Shown here: positions 37,985 to 49,411 of the stretch, one piece after another | How positions within the stretch are numbered: position 1 is the stretch's first letter | Layout of the letters: each line of letters opens with the position of its first letter | Assembly (NCBI RefSeq): GCF_001194135.2 | Contig: NC_068998.1 | Location: 32,233,192 to 32,297,191, forward strand | Length of the DNA stretch: 64,000 bases | Direction: 5' to 3' | DNA from: Octopus bimaculoides | Lineage: Eukaryota | Made by a program: the position numbers and the translations under genes | The notes under the pieces: model-generated | The model's input: only the letters and a program-made list of their open reading frames with translations | Database searches by the model: none | Told to the model about the DNA's origin: nothing

Positions 37985-39120
37985 GAATGAGTACCTCCCC
38001 ACGCTTTCCGAATCAACATGAACTGGATGATCTCACCAGGAACTGAGGTCACACCAAGTCAAGAGCTGAACTTTTAGCATCCAAGTCGAAGGAATGGAAT
38101 TTATTGGGGGAGAACTGCATGAGGAATTCGAAGTATACTTTGATATTTGTGAAGATCTTTGTTTCTGTAAAGAAATAAATGGCTTATTTGCGACTATTGG
38201 AATTGCTCATGGCTCAAAAAGAATAGCAACTTTTCACAGACTGCTCAGCAAGAAACCTCAAAGCTGTTTTACTGAACAATGGAAATCAGTATCCATCTCT
38301 GCCTATCGCATACTCTGTACAAATGAAGGAAGAATATGAAAATGTCAAAAGGCTTCTCCAGAAAATAAACTGTGGACTATAAGTGAGATGTTTATGGTGA
38401 TTTTAAGGTTTGTCCCCTTGCTCGGATTGCAGGGTGAATACACAAAATATTTATGCTTTCTTTGCCTATGGGACAGAATATTACTGGAAGGTTGAGTGAC
38501 CCCCCACAAAATGATATGCAGCCAGGAAAGCAAAATATTACAAGACAACCTCTTGCAGAGTCTGCCAAAGTTTTTTCCCTCCACTTCACATAAAACCGAG
38601 TTTGGTCAAAGAGTTTGTGAAGGCCTAAGATCATGGTGAAGAAACCTTTCTAGAAATTCGTTTACTCTTTCCGAAGTTATCCGAGGCAAAGATTAAGTGT
38701 GGGATTTTTACTAGAACACAAATAAGGACAATGTTTAGGTCAGAGAAACTTGAAAAGGCAGTGAGTGATGTTGAAAGAGAGGAATGCTGTGCATATCATG
38801 GCATAGTTTGTTTTCCTTGGCAACAACAAAGATCCCAAGTACAAGCAGCTGGTGGCAAAGCTTATTGAGTTTTAAGAACTTAGTCTGTCAAACGTCTTTA
38901 AAGGTGCACTTTTTGCATTCACATTTAAACTTCTTTTCTGAAAACTTAGGTCAGGTTAGTGAGGAGCATGGTGAGAAATTCTGTCAGGACATTGCTGTAA
39001 TGGAGAAGAGATATCAAGGAAGATGGGACACTGTCATTATGGTAGATTATACATTATCACTTGCTCATAAAGATAAAGGAGCTCACAATAGGAAAACACG
39101 ATCCTTAATGCATTTTTAGT
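37985..39120 (+). mobile_element. DDE transposase relic, Chapaev3-like (CMC/Transib-related)
   Basis: Frameshifted motifs NQHELDDL..AELLASK..EWNLL, GLQGEYTK..CFLCLWDRI, PPLHIK and SLKVHFLHSHLNFFSENLGQVSEEHGEKFCQDIAVMEKRYQGRWD. The family name comes from motif recall. Confidence 0.7.
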
Positions 39121-39949
39121 ATAATCTCATTATACGTCTACATACATTTTTTGCTTAGCTTAAAGTGAGACATAAAAAAATGATTATAAAAATATTACTT
39201 GATTGATATTATCACACAATGTGAATAAAGTCAATAAAGCACTACCACAACAAAGTAATTTTTCTTCCACTGTAAAACCAGGATTATCTCTTAAAATATC
39301 GACAATAGGCAAAATCTAATGGTATTTATGAAATCAGGAGAAGAAAAACACCAAGGTACACTGAAAAATTTAGAAAAACAAAATTGGTGTTACACATTGA
39401 TATTAGTGAACTTTTTTCCACCCACCCCAAAGTCCAAAACACAGTGTGCATGTATATTCGTTTTCTTTTCTTTGCCCTGATATGTTTAAAACTTGGAAGT
39501 ACAATTTTTATAACTGAATCAAAAGTAGTATAACAAAAATAAAATCTTATAATAATGCTTGGTAAGTTTATTGACAACTTTATCAATTTGTCAAAGATAG
39601 TTACCTCTCACTTCCTGCTGTAGATGACTTTTGTATTTCGTTTTTATATTTGCTAAAGATGAAAAATTTTTTTACATATAAATATGCTGACCCAAACCGA
39701 AACAGGATTTGTAATGTCATCTTTGAACAATTTCGGTACTCTTGAGCAGACACAATTTTGACCCAAAAGCTTTGAAAATTAATAAGCTGAAAGGATATTT
39801 TTAGAATAATCATTAGAGTTTAAAAGCATTAGATTGCTACAAACGTAATTGACTGTTTTACTTTCTTTGGCAATATTGAAGCATGATAGAAAGAAAGCTT
39901 AACTTTACATGTAATGCATGCATCTAATTGTGAAGATATGGGACCACAT

Positions 39950-40100
39950 CAATTTTTAAAGACAATTACCACATATAAGTTAAATAACATGTACTGCACA
40001 TTACTTTTATGGTAGCATCTGCTGAGAGACCTCTTAGCAAAGATTAAAGTTCAAAAAGATTTTGTGGAGTTTAGTGAAATGAGTATTGAAACAAACTTGT
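39950..40100 (+). mobile_element. hAT transposase C-terminal (dimerisation) relic
   Basis: VASAERPLSK and MSIE resemble the hAT motif VASAERSFSKLK..LSIE. Confidence 0.45.
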
Positions 40101-40674
40101 TAAACATTGGGTTTAAATAAAAAAAAAACTCGCAGCCCATGTTTTATCTTTAGAATTTAGAATTGTAAGAATTCTAAATTATGCATTATTGAACACTTTA
40201 AGGGAGTTCTTGACAGTGTGCTTTTATTTTCAACAATTTATCCAATTAAATGAACAGATGTTTACATTTTGTCTTTTCTCAAAATTACATTGCTGATTGC
40301 TGAAGGCCTTTTTCTAGAGAAAATTTAACAAAAGAAATTGGCCATAGGTATCCTGGGGTTTATGTCGTAAATTAAAATGGAAAATAAATTGTCGAATTAT
40401 TGATTATTTCTTAATAAGTTTCATCACCATTATCGTAATTTTCAAAAAATGTCTTTGTATAATTTCATTGAAAAATATGAAGAAATGCATATGTGCAAAT
40501 CTATACATGTGCAATAATCTGACACTTTATTTTCAATGATATAATTCAGTCCATAATCTCTAGGAAACCCTCAACTCTTTAAGTCATAACACTGGTATAA
40601 AATCTTAAAATATTTCTAAAAATTGATAAAAGATATGCATATCTATCTATATCTATCTGTCCATCTGTATGTAT

Positions 40675-40990
40675 GCATCACCACCATCAGCATTTAATGT
40701 CCATGTTCCAGGCTGGTATGGGTCAGACAATTTGAGAGAATCCAATGCGTCCAAAGGCTGCATTGACCCCCTCCAATGTTTACTTTGGCATATTTTTATG
40801 GCTGGATGTCCTTCCTAATACCAACCCCTTTACAGTGTGTACTTGGTGCTTTTTTATGCCACCTGTACTACTGAGTTTGCCATACAGTTTACAGAACTAT
40901 AGCCATGAGAGAGAGGAGTGGGATAGGTTCTTGCAGAGGGATCTGCATGGCTACTCACATCTAGTATGGAGAAGTGGGTGCGAAAAAAGA
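40675..40990 (-). mobile_element. RTE-clade LINE 3' UTR, decayed
   Basis: catttaatgtccatgttccaggctggtatggg and ggctggatgtccttcctaataccaacc are the reverse complement of the RTE terminus. Confidence 0.65.
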
Positions 40991-41273
40991 GGGAATGATC
41001 AGTAGGAGCTAAATAATCCTATGTGTGTATATATATATATATATATCACAAGACATCAAAGGATAAACCCATTCATTCAAGACTGCTTGGGTTAGCTGCT
41101 GAATTTGAAAACATTCATTGTATTTTTAGTGTAAGGCTCCATAAGTGTGTTTGCATGCGAATGTTTGGGAGTGCTTATGGGGATGTTTGGAGAGAATATT
41201 TGTGTGTCTGTGAAAGTATCTATGTGAGGGAAATGTATGAATATATGTGTGCATATGTTTTGTGTGTGTCACT

Positions 41274-41304
<31 letters not shown>

Positions 41305-41305
41305 G

Positions 41306-41346
<41 letters not shown>

Positions 41347-42547
41347 TGTATATGTATAATTATGGGGAAACTTTATTTCAATAAAGTGTATTACATATAT
41401 ATATATATATATATATAAGTATGTATTAAAGAAAGCAAAAAATAAAAAATAATAAAAGCAAAAGGCTAAATGGATGTGTATGTGTAAAAGAATTCAGTAC
41501 TCAGTATTTTGGCTACAATGGTTAAAGGTTCAATTATTTTTGATAGTAGTTTGGTTGATGTCCTTTTGTTGTATGTATATGTATTTTTATTTTGTGGAGA
41601 ATTGTATGCATACACACATGTGTGCACGTGTATGTGTGTATAGTGAGAGAGAGAAAATGAGAGAGGTGAGATAAAATTTCTTGTCTCTTGTTCAAAAGAG
41701 AAGATCTGTTTGCAATGGCACCCATTCAAGTTTTGAACACCTACAAACACGCAGCCCCACACACAGCCACACACACACAGACACATACACACACGGGGGG
41801 GGGGTATAGTAGGAGACATTTGGTGTCGCACACTGATGCTAAATTCAGAAACATATAGCTTAGGAATAAAGTTCCTGCCACACAGTAAGTATATAACCAG
41901 CTTCCGAAAAATTCAAATTATTATTAATTTGCATTTTATGTATATCTCTTTTAGCATAACAACATGCAACAAATAAAAAGTTTCTTTGGGATCTTGTTAA
42001 ATTTCTTTCTGATTTTTGCCAGAATATTTTTAAAAGGCATAGTTTAGATGTAGTTTAAATTTATAGTTTAACAACACCCAACTCAATTTTGGTGAGAAAT
42101 AATATTTTTCCTCATTTTTCTTTTTTGTTGTGTTATCAACTAATCTCATCTCCTAAAATACTGCAAACATTTTTTTCCACTGAAATCAGAGTGGGGTGCG
42201 CTCTCTGAATCCTCCTCTCTCCTCGGAGTTATATTTTTTCTACGTTCTCTTTTTGTCTGTTATCAACTAATCTCAGCTCCTAGTATACTGCAAAGGATTT
42301 TTTTCTCCTTTGCGGTGTATTAGGAGATCAGAAGAGTAGCTGTTTTTTATGCCTAATAACTGCTATTTCTAGCATACTAAACAACCATGTTAAGGACCAG
42401 CTACCTCTGAGTTTATTTAAAAGGGAGAGAAAAATGCTTTACACAACAAATTCCAATATAATCATAATCTACACCATCTGAGATGTATATGTAGAAAATT
42501 TTATTAACAAATTATCCATTTTCAGAAAGTTACCATACACACATACA

Positions 42548-42597
<50 letters not shown>

Positions 42598-42855
42598 NNN
42601 NNNNNNNNNNNNNNNNNNNNNNNNNNNNNNNNNNNNNNNNNNNNNNNNNNNNNNNNNNNNNNNNNNNNNNNNNNNNNNNNNNNNNNNNNNNNNNNNNNNN
42701 NNNNNNNNNNNNNNNNNNNNNNNNNNNNNNNNNNNNNNNNNNNNNNNNNNNNNNNNNNNNNNNNNNNNNNNNNNNNNNNNNNNNNNNNNNNNNNNNNNNN
42801 NNNNNNTATATATACTTTATTCAAAAGAAGCAGAAATATAACAAAAGGCTGGTAT

Positions 42856-43037
42856 GGCAGCGAGCTGGCAGAATTGTTAGCACTCTGGGCAAACTGCTTA
42901 GCGGCATTTCGTCTGCTGCTCCGTTCTGAGTTCAAATTCCACCGAGGTCGAATTTGCCTTTCATCCTTTCAGAGTCGATTAAATAAGTACCAGTTATGCA
43001 CTGGGGTCGATGTAATAGACTTAATCCCTTTGTCTGC
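42856..43037 (+). mobile_element. tRNA-derived SINE, 5' part
   Basis: ggcagcgagctggcagaattgttagc A-box-like and gttctgagttcaaattcc B-box-like, followed by aagtaccagttatgcactggggtcgatg. Confidence 0.85.
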
Positions 43038-43312
43038 CATTTACAGACCGAGAACAGAGAAAAACTTTTCAAAGAAAATATTATTAATTAGTGCAATACA
43101 ACAGTATTGCTTCCCAGTAAAATAAAGCACGTCTTTGGGATCTGATGACATGTCATAAAACTAAACCGTTTATGGACGGGAAAGGTAAGGTAATCCCATA
43201 AACCAGCCTTCTCCATTTTTAATATATACCGCTCTACATCTTAGAGTGTGCTTCTTCTTTCAGATTTAGGTTTTTTTTACAAACGATATATATATATCTA
43301 TATATATATACA

Positions 43313-43364
43313 CACAACTGTTTCTGGGATATCTCAGAGTATGGGATATTCCGTCATCATAGAC
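43313..43364 (-). ncRNA. Decayed hammerhead motif truncated at the cleavage site
   Basis: Minus strand reads GTCT-ATGATGA-CGGAATATC..GATATCCCA-GAAA-CAGTTG-T and then microsatellite. The 3' strand of stem I is absent. Confidence 0.6.
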
Positions 43365-43592
43365 AAATAGGGAAAATGAGAAGGGTATAGATTAATGAAA
43401 TGACGACAGAGAGTAGATGAAGATAGAGAAGAAAGAAGAAGCATAAAAGTTCAACTTTCCAGTCGTGTAGAAGTAAGTCTGTAAGTTCTTATGTGCAATC
43501 CTGCATAAATCCACGTAGGTTAAATAATGTATATGAATTGAGATGTTTCGCCTGCCTTAACGTTTGTTGTCCTCTTTAAAAATTATAAATAT

Positions 43593-44130
43593 GAGGTAGG
43601 CCCAGGAAGACCTGGGCTGAGGTGGTGAGGCAAGACCTTCGTACATTGGGCCTCACCGAGGCGATGACTACTGACCGAGACCTTTGGAAATGTGCTGTGC
43701 GTGAGAAGACCCGGCAAGCCAAGTAAGATCGTTGCCAGTGCCCCTGGATTGGTTCTTGTGCGGGTGGCACATGAGATGCACCATTTTGAGCGTGGCCGTT
43801 GCCAGTACCGCCTGGCTGGCTCCCGTAGGATTTTCGAGCGAGATCGTTGCCAGTGCCCCTGGACTGGCTTGTGCGGGTGGCACATAAAAGACACCATTTC
43901 GAGCGTGGCCGTTTTCGTGCGGGTGACACGTAAAAGCACCCACTACACTCTCTGAGTGGTTGGCGTTAGGAAGGGCNNNNNNNNNNNNNNNNNNNNNNNN
44001 NNNNNNNNNNNNNNNNNNNNNNNNNNNNNNNNNNNNNNNNNNNNNNNNNNNNNNNNNNNNNNNNNNNNNNNNNNNNNNNNNNNNNGCATGGAAAGCGGAC
44101 GTTAAACGACGATGATGATGATGATGATGA

Positions 44131-44133
<3 letters not shown>
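43593..44133 (+). mobile_element. Relatively young RTE-clade LINE 3' end
   Basis: GRPRKTWAEVVRQDLRTLGLTEAMTTDRDLWKCAVREKTRQAK*, a repeat-containing UTR and the terminus gcatggaaagcggacgttaaacgacgatgatg. CpGs are retained. Confidence 0.9.
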
Positions 44134-44167
<34 letters not shown>

Positions 44168-44210
44168 AATTTAAGGATTGGAGAAAACGCATGTTATAAT
44201 TGCATACTTT

Positions 44211-44295
44211 ATTCCTACATATGTTTCAAAGGATTACAACCTGTGTGATCCATAGGGATCTTTGATATTAAAATTGTAACCTTCTCATCAGGAGT
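44211..44295 (-). ncRNA. Type I hammerhead ribozyme motif with intact core
   Basis: Minus strand reads actc-CTGATGA-gaaggttacaa...ttgtaatccttt-GAAA-C-ATAT-G-TA-ggaat. Stem II is 11 bp with one bulge, loop III is palindromic, the triplet is GUA and stem I is weak. Confidence 0.8.
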
Positions 44296-44414
44296 TCCTG
44301 CCTTAAAAACAGGAGCTAACCACAGTTATCTTTTGTTCTTTGCTACATTGGTTTCTATTAACCCATTTATTCTATCAGAAGAATTTTTATTCATTAAGAT
44401 AGAAGAAATACACA

Positions 44415-44460
<46 letters not shown>

Positions 44461-44876
44461 CAAGTTTATGTATTTATTTTGCAAGATTCCTGATGTGAAA
44501 ATGTGTGTTGAAACAGATATTGTTATGCTTAGGGATAGTCACATTTTTGCCATTTAGGCAGATGAACTATATATTTGGTCTTCACTTTGGCTTTATTCTT
44601 ATATTAGTTTCTTTGTCAAAGTTCTTTCATCACTCATTCTGCAACCTCTTCAGCAGTCAGTGTAATTAGCAGAACAAGAGGAGACGTGTGGGATAGAAGA
44701 TGTGAGATAGAGGGGACATATAGGATAGAGAATTGCTGAAGAGGTCACAGAATCTGTGATGAAAGAACATTGTCACAGAAACTAAAATAATGAGAATAAA
44801 GCTGAGGTGAAGACCAAATATATAATGCATGTATTTAATTGACAAAATATGACCATCACCAAGTATAACATGCATT

Positions 44877-44910
<34 letters not shown>

Positions 44911-45489
44911 TGTATGTATATGTTTTTATATATGTATATATGCATGTATATATATAAGTATATATATGTGTGTGTATGTATGTATATGTGTATGTATGTA
45001 TGTATATATATAGTATATATAAGTATATTTATATATGTATATATGTACATATGTACATTATATATATATTTGTAACCTACAAGAGTAAACAAGAGAGGCA
45101 GAAACAAGCAGAAACAAGGAAAATGTCCCTTGTATTTGAATACTATGCAAATATTCTTTTAATAACTTTTCTTTTAATTTTTCCAAAATTTAATCGTTTT
45201 CCATACTTACAGTTGAAAAAGTCTCAATGACTGAAACCGGTACTGAAATGTTTTTTATAAAATTATTTTAGCATTTTCTACCTTCACTTTTCTTTCCATA
45301 TATATNNNNNNNNNNNNNNNNNGTGTATGAACAACAAGCAGATGTATTAGTTTGACGTTCAGGAAAGTGAGAAAGTCTTTTACGTGTTGAGATTGTGTTC
45401 TTTAACAAAAAGGAATAAAAGAAAATAAACAGAGAGCGAGAAAATAAAAAGACGTGTGGATTTAGCAATCACAAATCATAACTCCCTTC

Positions 45490-46260
45490 AGGCAGATGGC
45501 CCTGCTTGATCTGTAGAAAAGGTGTAGGTAGAAACTTCATAAGAGGTACCTAGTGTAAGCTATGGTAGAGGTGCATAAATATCAAAGGAAGGTTAACTAG
45601 GAAGATAGTTTTGTGTGTGTCATATGCACAGGTGCAATAAACACCAAAGATGTACAGAAAACAGATTCCATCACATGCCAGGGGGATGTTCATAGCTTCT
45701 GTTACCTAGGTCAGTAGCGGAGGTGGATGCTCTGAAAACATAGCTGTTAGAATAAGAATAGCCTGGGCAAAGATCAGAGAGCTCCTACCTCTGTTGGTAA
45801 CAAAAGGCCTCTTGCTCGGAGAGAAAGGTAGATTGTATGATACCTGTGAGTGAACAACCATGCTAACATGGCAGTGAAACATGGGCTGTGACTTCTGAGG
45901 ACATGCGTAGGCTTGAAAAAAATGAGGCTAGTATGCTCCGCTGGATATGTAATGTCAGTGTGCATACATAACAGAGTGTAAGTGCCCTGAGAGAAAAGTT
46001 GGACATAAGAAGCATCAGAAGTAGTGTGCAAGAGAGACGACTGTGCTGACATGGGCATGTGTTGTGTATGGATGAAGACAGCTGTGTGAAGAAGTGCCAC
46101 ACCCTAACAGTGGGACAAGATAGTAAAGCATGATCTTCAAATGTTGGGCCTTAGGGAGGCAATGACAAGCGACTGAGACCTTTGGTGATAAGCTGTGATT
46201 GAGAAGACCCGGTAAGCCAAGTGAGATCATAGTTGTGGCCGATACCAGTGTTGCATAACT
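45490..46260 (+). mobile_element. RTE-clade LINE C-terminal fragment, decayed
   Basis: RIRIAWAKIRELLPLL, GSETWAV, RRLEKNEASMLRWICNV and LREKLDIRSIR. Confidence 0.85.
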
Positions 46261-46282
46261 GGCCCATTTAAAAGCATCCTTC

Positions 46283-46890
46283 TATTGTTGGACAATACAA
46301 CCCACAGAAGACATTTAAAAACTTATCCTCTTTACTTCAAATACATGGAAAGGGCCTCACTAAACATGAAATTGACTATTTATCCAATTTTAAATACAAA
46401 CCTAGTCTATTCTACGGATTACCTAAAATCCACAAAAATCCACATATTTGTAAAGCTTGCAAAGTTTCTCCAAGCCTATGCATTAATGTTTCTCCCCCTA
46501 CTGACCTCAAACTGAGACCCATCATTGCTGGCCCTGCTTGTGAAACCCACTGTTTGAGCAACTTCCTTGATATCTTACTCAAACCGTTTCTAAAATATGT
46601 GAAAAGCTTCATCAGGGATGACTTAGACATGCTTAACCACCTCCCGAAAACAATGAATGAAGGAGCCCTGTTAGTATCATTCGATGTGGTGAATTTGTTC
46701 ACCAATATCCCACACGATTATGGGATAGAAGCGATCACCTTCTGACTAGAAAACTACCCACAAGTGATCCCAGGATGCATCAACTACAGATTCATAATCG
46801 CAGCACTCAAATTCTTCCTACTGAACAACTATTTCATATTCGATACAGTTTACTATCGACAAAAATGTGGAATTGCAATGGGAACACGAT
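46283..46890 (+). mobile_element. Penelope-like RT fragment (same type as 15710-18286)
   Basis: FYGLPKIHK..LRPIIAGPACETH.LSNFLDILLKP..LVSFDVVNLFTNIPH..YRQKCGIAMGTR. Confidence 0.88.
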
Positions 46891-47159
46891 AACTTCGGAA
46901 TCTTCTGCAACTCTTCTGAATAGTCTCCTTGTTTAAGTTAATACAAAAGTTAATACAAAACATGTTAACTTGTTTAAGTTAATACAAAACATGACATAAC
47001 AATTCTTGTGTCCGTTTCTGCTTCTGATTCCAGTCAGTGCCTACAAAGAATTGTGAAAATAATATTTTTTCATCTTCATAGGTCATTCGAACTAGAACAC
47101 TGAGCTTCATCAAAGTTAATACAAAAGCGTCCAAAATAAACAAAAGAAAGAGGGAATAG

Positions 47160-47220
47160 GCCTAGAGAAGAAGTCTGGAAGTCCAATATATTAAAAACAT
47201 ACAATCTTCCATCACAGGGC
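47160..47220 (-). ncRNA. Decayed hammerhead-like motif
   Basis: Minus strand reads GCC-CTG(-)TGA-TGGAAG..CTTCCA-GAC..TA-GGC. Stems I and II are intact but the core is broken. Confidence 0.4.
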
Positions 47221-47620
47221 TTCGAAGTCCGTAGGTAAAAGAGTGATCTAGCAATGGTCTAGGGAAAATTTTTTCAGGGTTATTTCAATATAAAGGGGAA
47301 ACCAAGATGTTTTAAAAGTTGGGAAAAGAAGTTAGTAAAAAAATAATAATACAAGAAAATTACCGACATGTCTATAAAAGGGCATTACCTATGCTAACGT
47401 AAATAACTCTAGTTAATATTTATCCAAAACATTACTGTAAGGTTCTTATGATAGTGTACTTATGTATATGTATAGATATGTATGTATATACAAAATATGG
47501 GATTTTAATCCACAGGTGATCTAAACGACTAGGTACGCTGGGTAAGTGCAGTAATGGATTACCAGAGCTCCAAGCTCATAGCTGAGATGGGAGTTATGGA
47601 ACTATTTAGATTTCCTATTT

Positions 47621-47675
47621 GTCTCTGATGATGGAATGTCGTATATTTTAGGATATCCCAGAAATAGCTGAAGAC
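47621..47675 (+). ncRNA. Hammerhead motif with damaged cleavage triplet
   Basis: GTCT-CTGATGA-TGGAATGTC..GATATCCCA-GAAA-TAGCTG-A-AGAC. It is the same family as 43313-43364, sharing the upstream tttc(c)ctatttgtct. Confidence 0.65.
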
Positions 47676-47768
47676 TTTAAAATTTTTCCAATAATAATAA
47701 CGTATATGACTTGAGACGTTTATCTTGCCTTAGCATTTGTTGTCCTCTTTAACAATTATATATATATA

Positions 47769-49102
47769 CAAGGGTTGGACAAAATAATGGAAACACCTTA
47801 AAATTTCAAACAAATTTATTTTAATTTGGGCTAGGACCTCCTTTGTCAGTAATTACAGCTTGAATTCTACAAGGTATGGACTCGTACAAAGTTAGAATTG
47901 TTTCCAAAGGAGTTTTTGTCCATTCTTCAGCTAAAACAGTCTCCAGTTCTTGTAATGATGATAGTGGAGGATATCGACTCCATACTTGTTTTTCTAAAAT
48001 GCATCATAAATGTTCAATAATATTGAGATCTGGGGACTGTGGTGGCCAGATAAGATGTTTAACTTCACTAGCATGTTCCTCGTGCCATTCATTAACAACG
48101 TTATCTGTGTGAATTGGTGCATTATCATCCTGAAAGATTGCGCTTCCCTCCGGAAACAGTTCATCAATCATAAGATGAATTTGATCAGATAAAATGCTTA
48201 AATAGTGTTGACTATTAATTCTGCTATGAAGGGAAACCATTGGGCCAGCGGATTTCCAAGATATAACCCCCACCAGATTATCACAGATCCTCCTCCATGT
48301 TTAACAGTTGGAAGAAGGCTGTCTGAGTCAAATGCTTCTTTTGGCTGTCTCCACACATATATTCAGCTGGTGGTTGGAAAAAGGGTAGAGGATGACTCAC
48401 CTGAGAAAATAACATTCCTCCGCTGCTCTAGGGACCTGTTCTGTAAGTTTTTACTCCACTCTAAACACATTGCAATGTTTGTTTTTGAAAGTAGTGGTTT
48501 TCTGATTGCAGCCCTCCCATGAAATCTGGCTTTGTGCAGCTTCTGGCAAACAGTTTTTGTGAAAACTAGGTTCTTGAGGTGATCATTAAGCTCTGCAGTA
48601 ATTTTGAGAGCTATACTTTTGTGATCCTTTCTAACAATTCACATATGAGTCCGACGGTCCTTACCTGAAAGTTTTGGTTTTCTCCCAGAGTTTTGTTTTG
48701 ACGAGGAGGTTTTTCCCTCTTACTCAAAGGCTGTCATTACTTTCAAGACAGTACGTCTTGGTACACCAAACATTTCAGCTGTTTCCATTATGCTAGCACC
48801 TGCCATACGAGCACCAACAATTGGTACGAGCACCAACAATTTGACCTCAAGTAAGAAATATAATAGTTAATATCTAACTTGACTTACATCTCTTTCTCAT
48901 AAGGATAAATATGAATCTCCTAGATTCTATTCTTTTGCTATTTCCTTTCTGATGATATCTGAAAAGAAACAGCAATTTTAGCAAAACATATTAAGCAACA
49001 CTAATAATAAATCAGAAAACAAAAATAAACAAGCTTTTGATGGTTTTATAGATATTTCAAAGTTATGATGCTAGGTGTTTCCATTATTTTGTCTGAACCC
49101 TG
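47769..49102 (-). mobile_element. Tc1/mariner element with DD36E transposase (Incomer-like), non-autonomous
   Basis: 30-bp TIRs caagggttggacaaaataatggaaacacct and aggtgtttccattattttgtctgaaccctg, flanked by TA. ORF 48004-48273 has FQDDNAPIH..WPPQSPDLNIIE with 36 residues between D and E. The N-terminus reads RGQIVGARMAGAS. Confidence 0.92.
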
Positions 49103-49160
49103 TATATGTATATGCGTAAGTATATATATATATGTATATATATATGTGTGTGTGTGTGTA

Positions 49161-49191
<31 letters not shown>

Positions 49192-49220
49192 GCATGTATG
49201 TATGTATGTGTATATATATA

Positions 49221-49258
<38 letters not shown>

Positions 49259-49375
49259 GATGTGAAAAGGTTGAATGNNNNNNNNNNNNNNNNNNNNNNN
49301 NNNNNNNNNNNNNNNNNNNNNNNNNNNNNNNNNNNNNNNNNNNNNNNNNNNNNNNNNNNNNNNNNNNNNNNNNNN

Positions 49376-49411
<36 letters not shown>

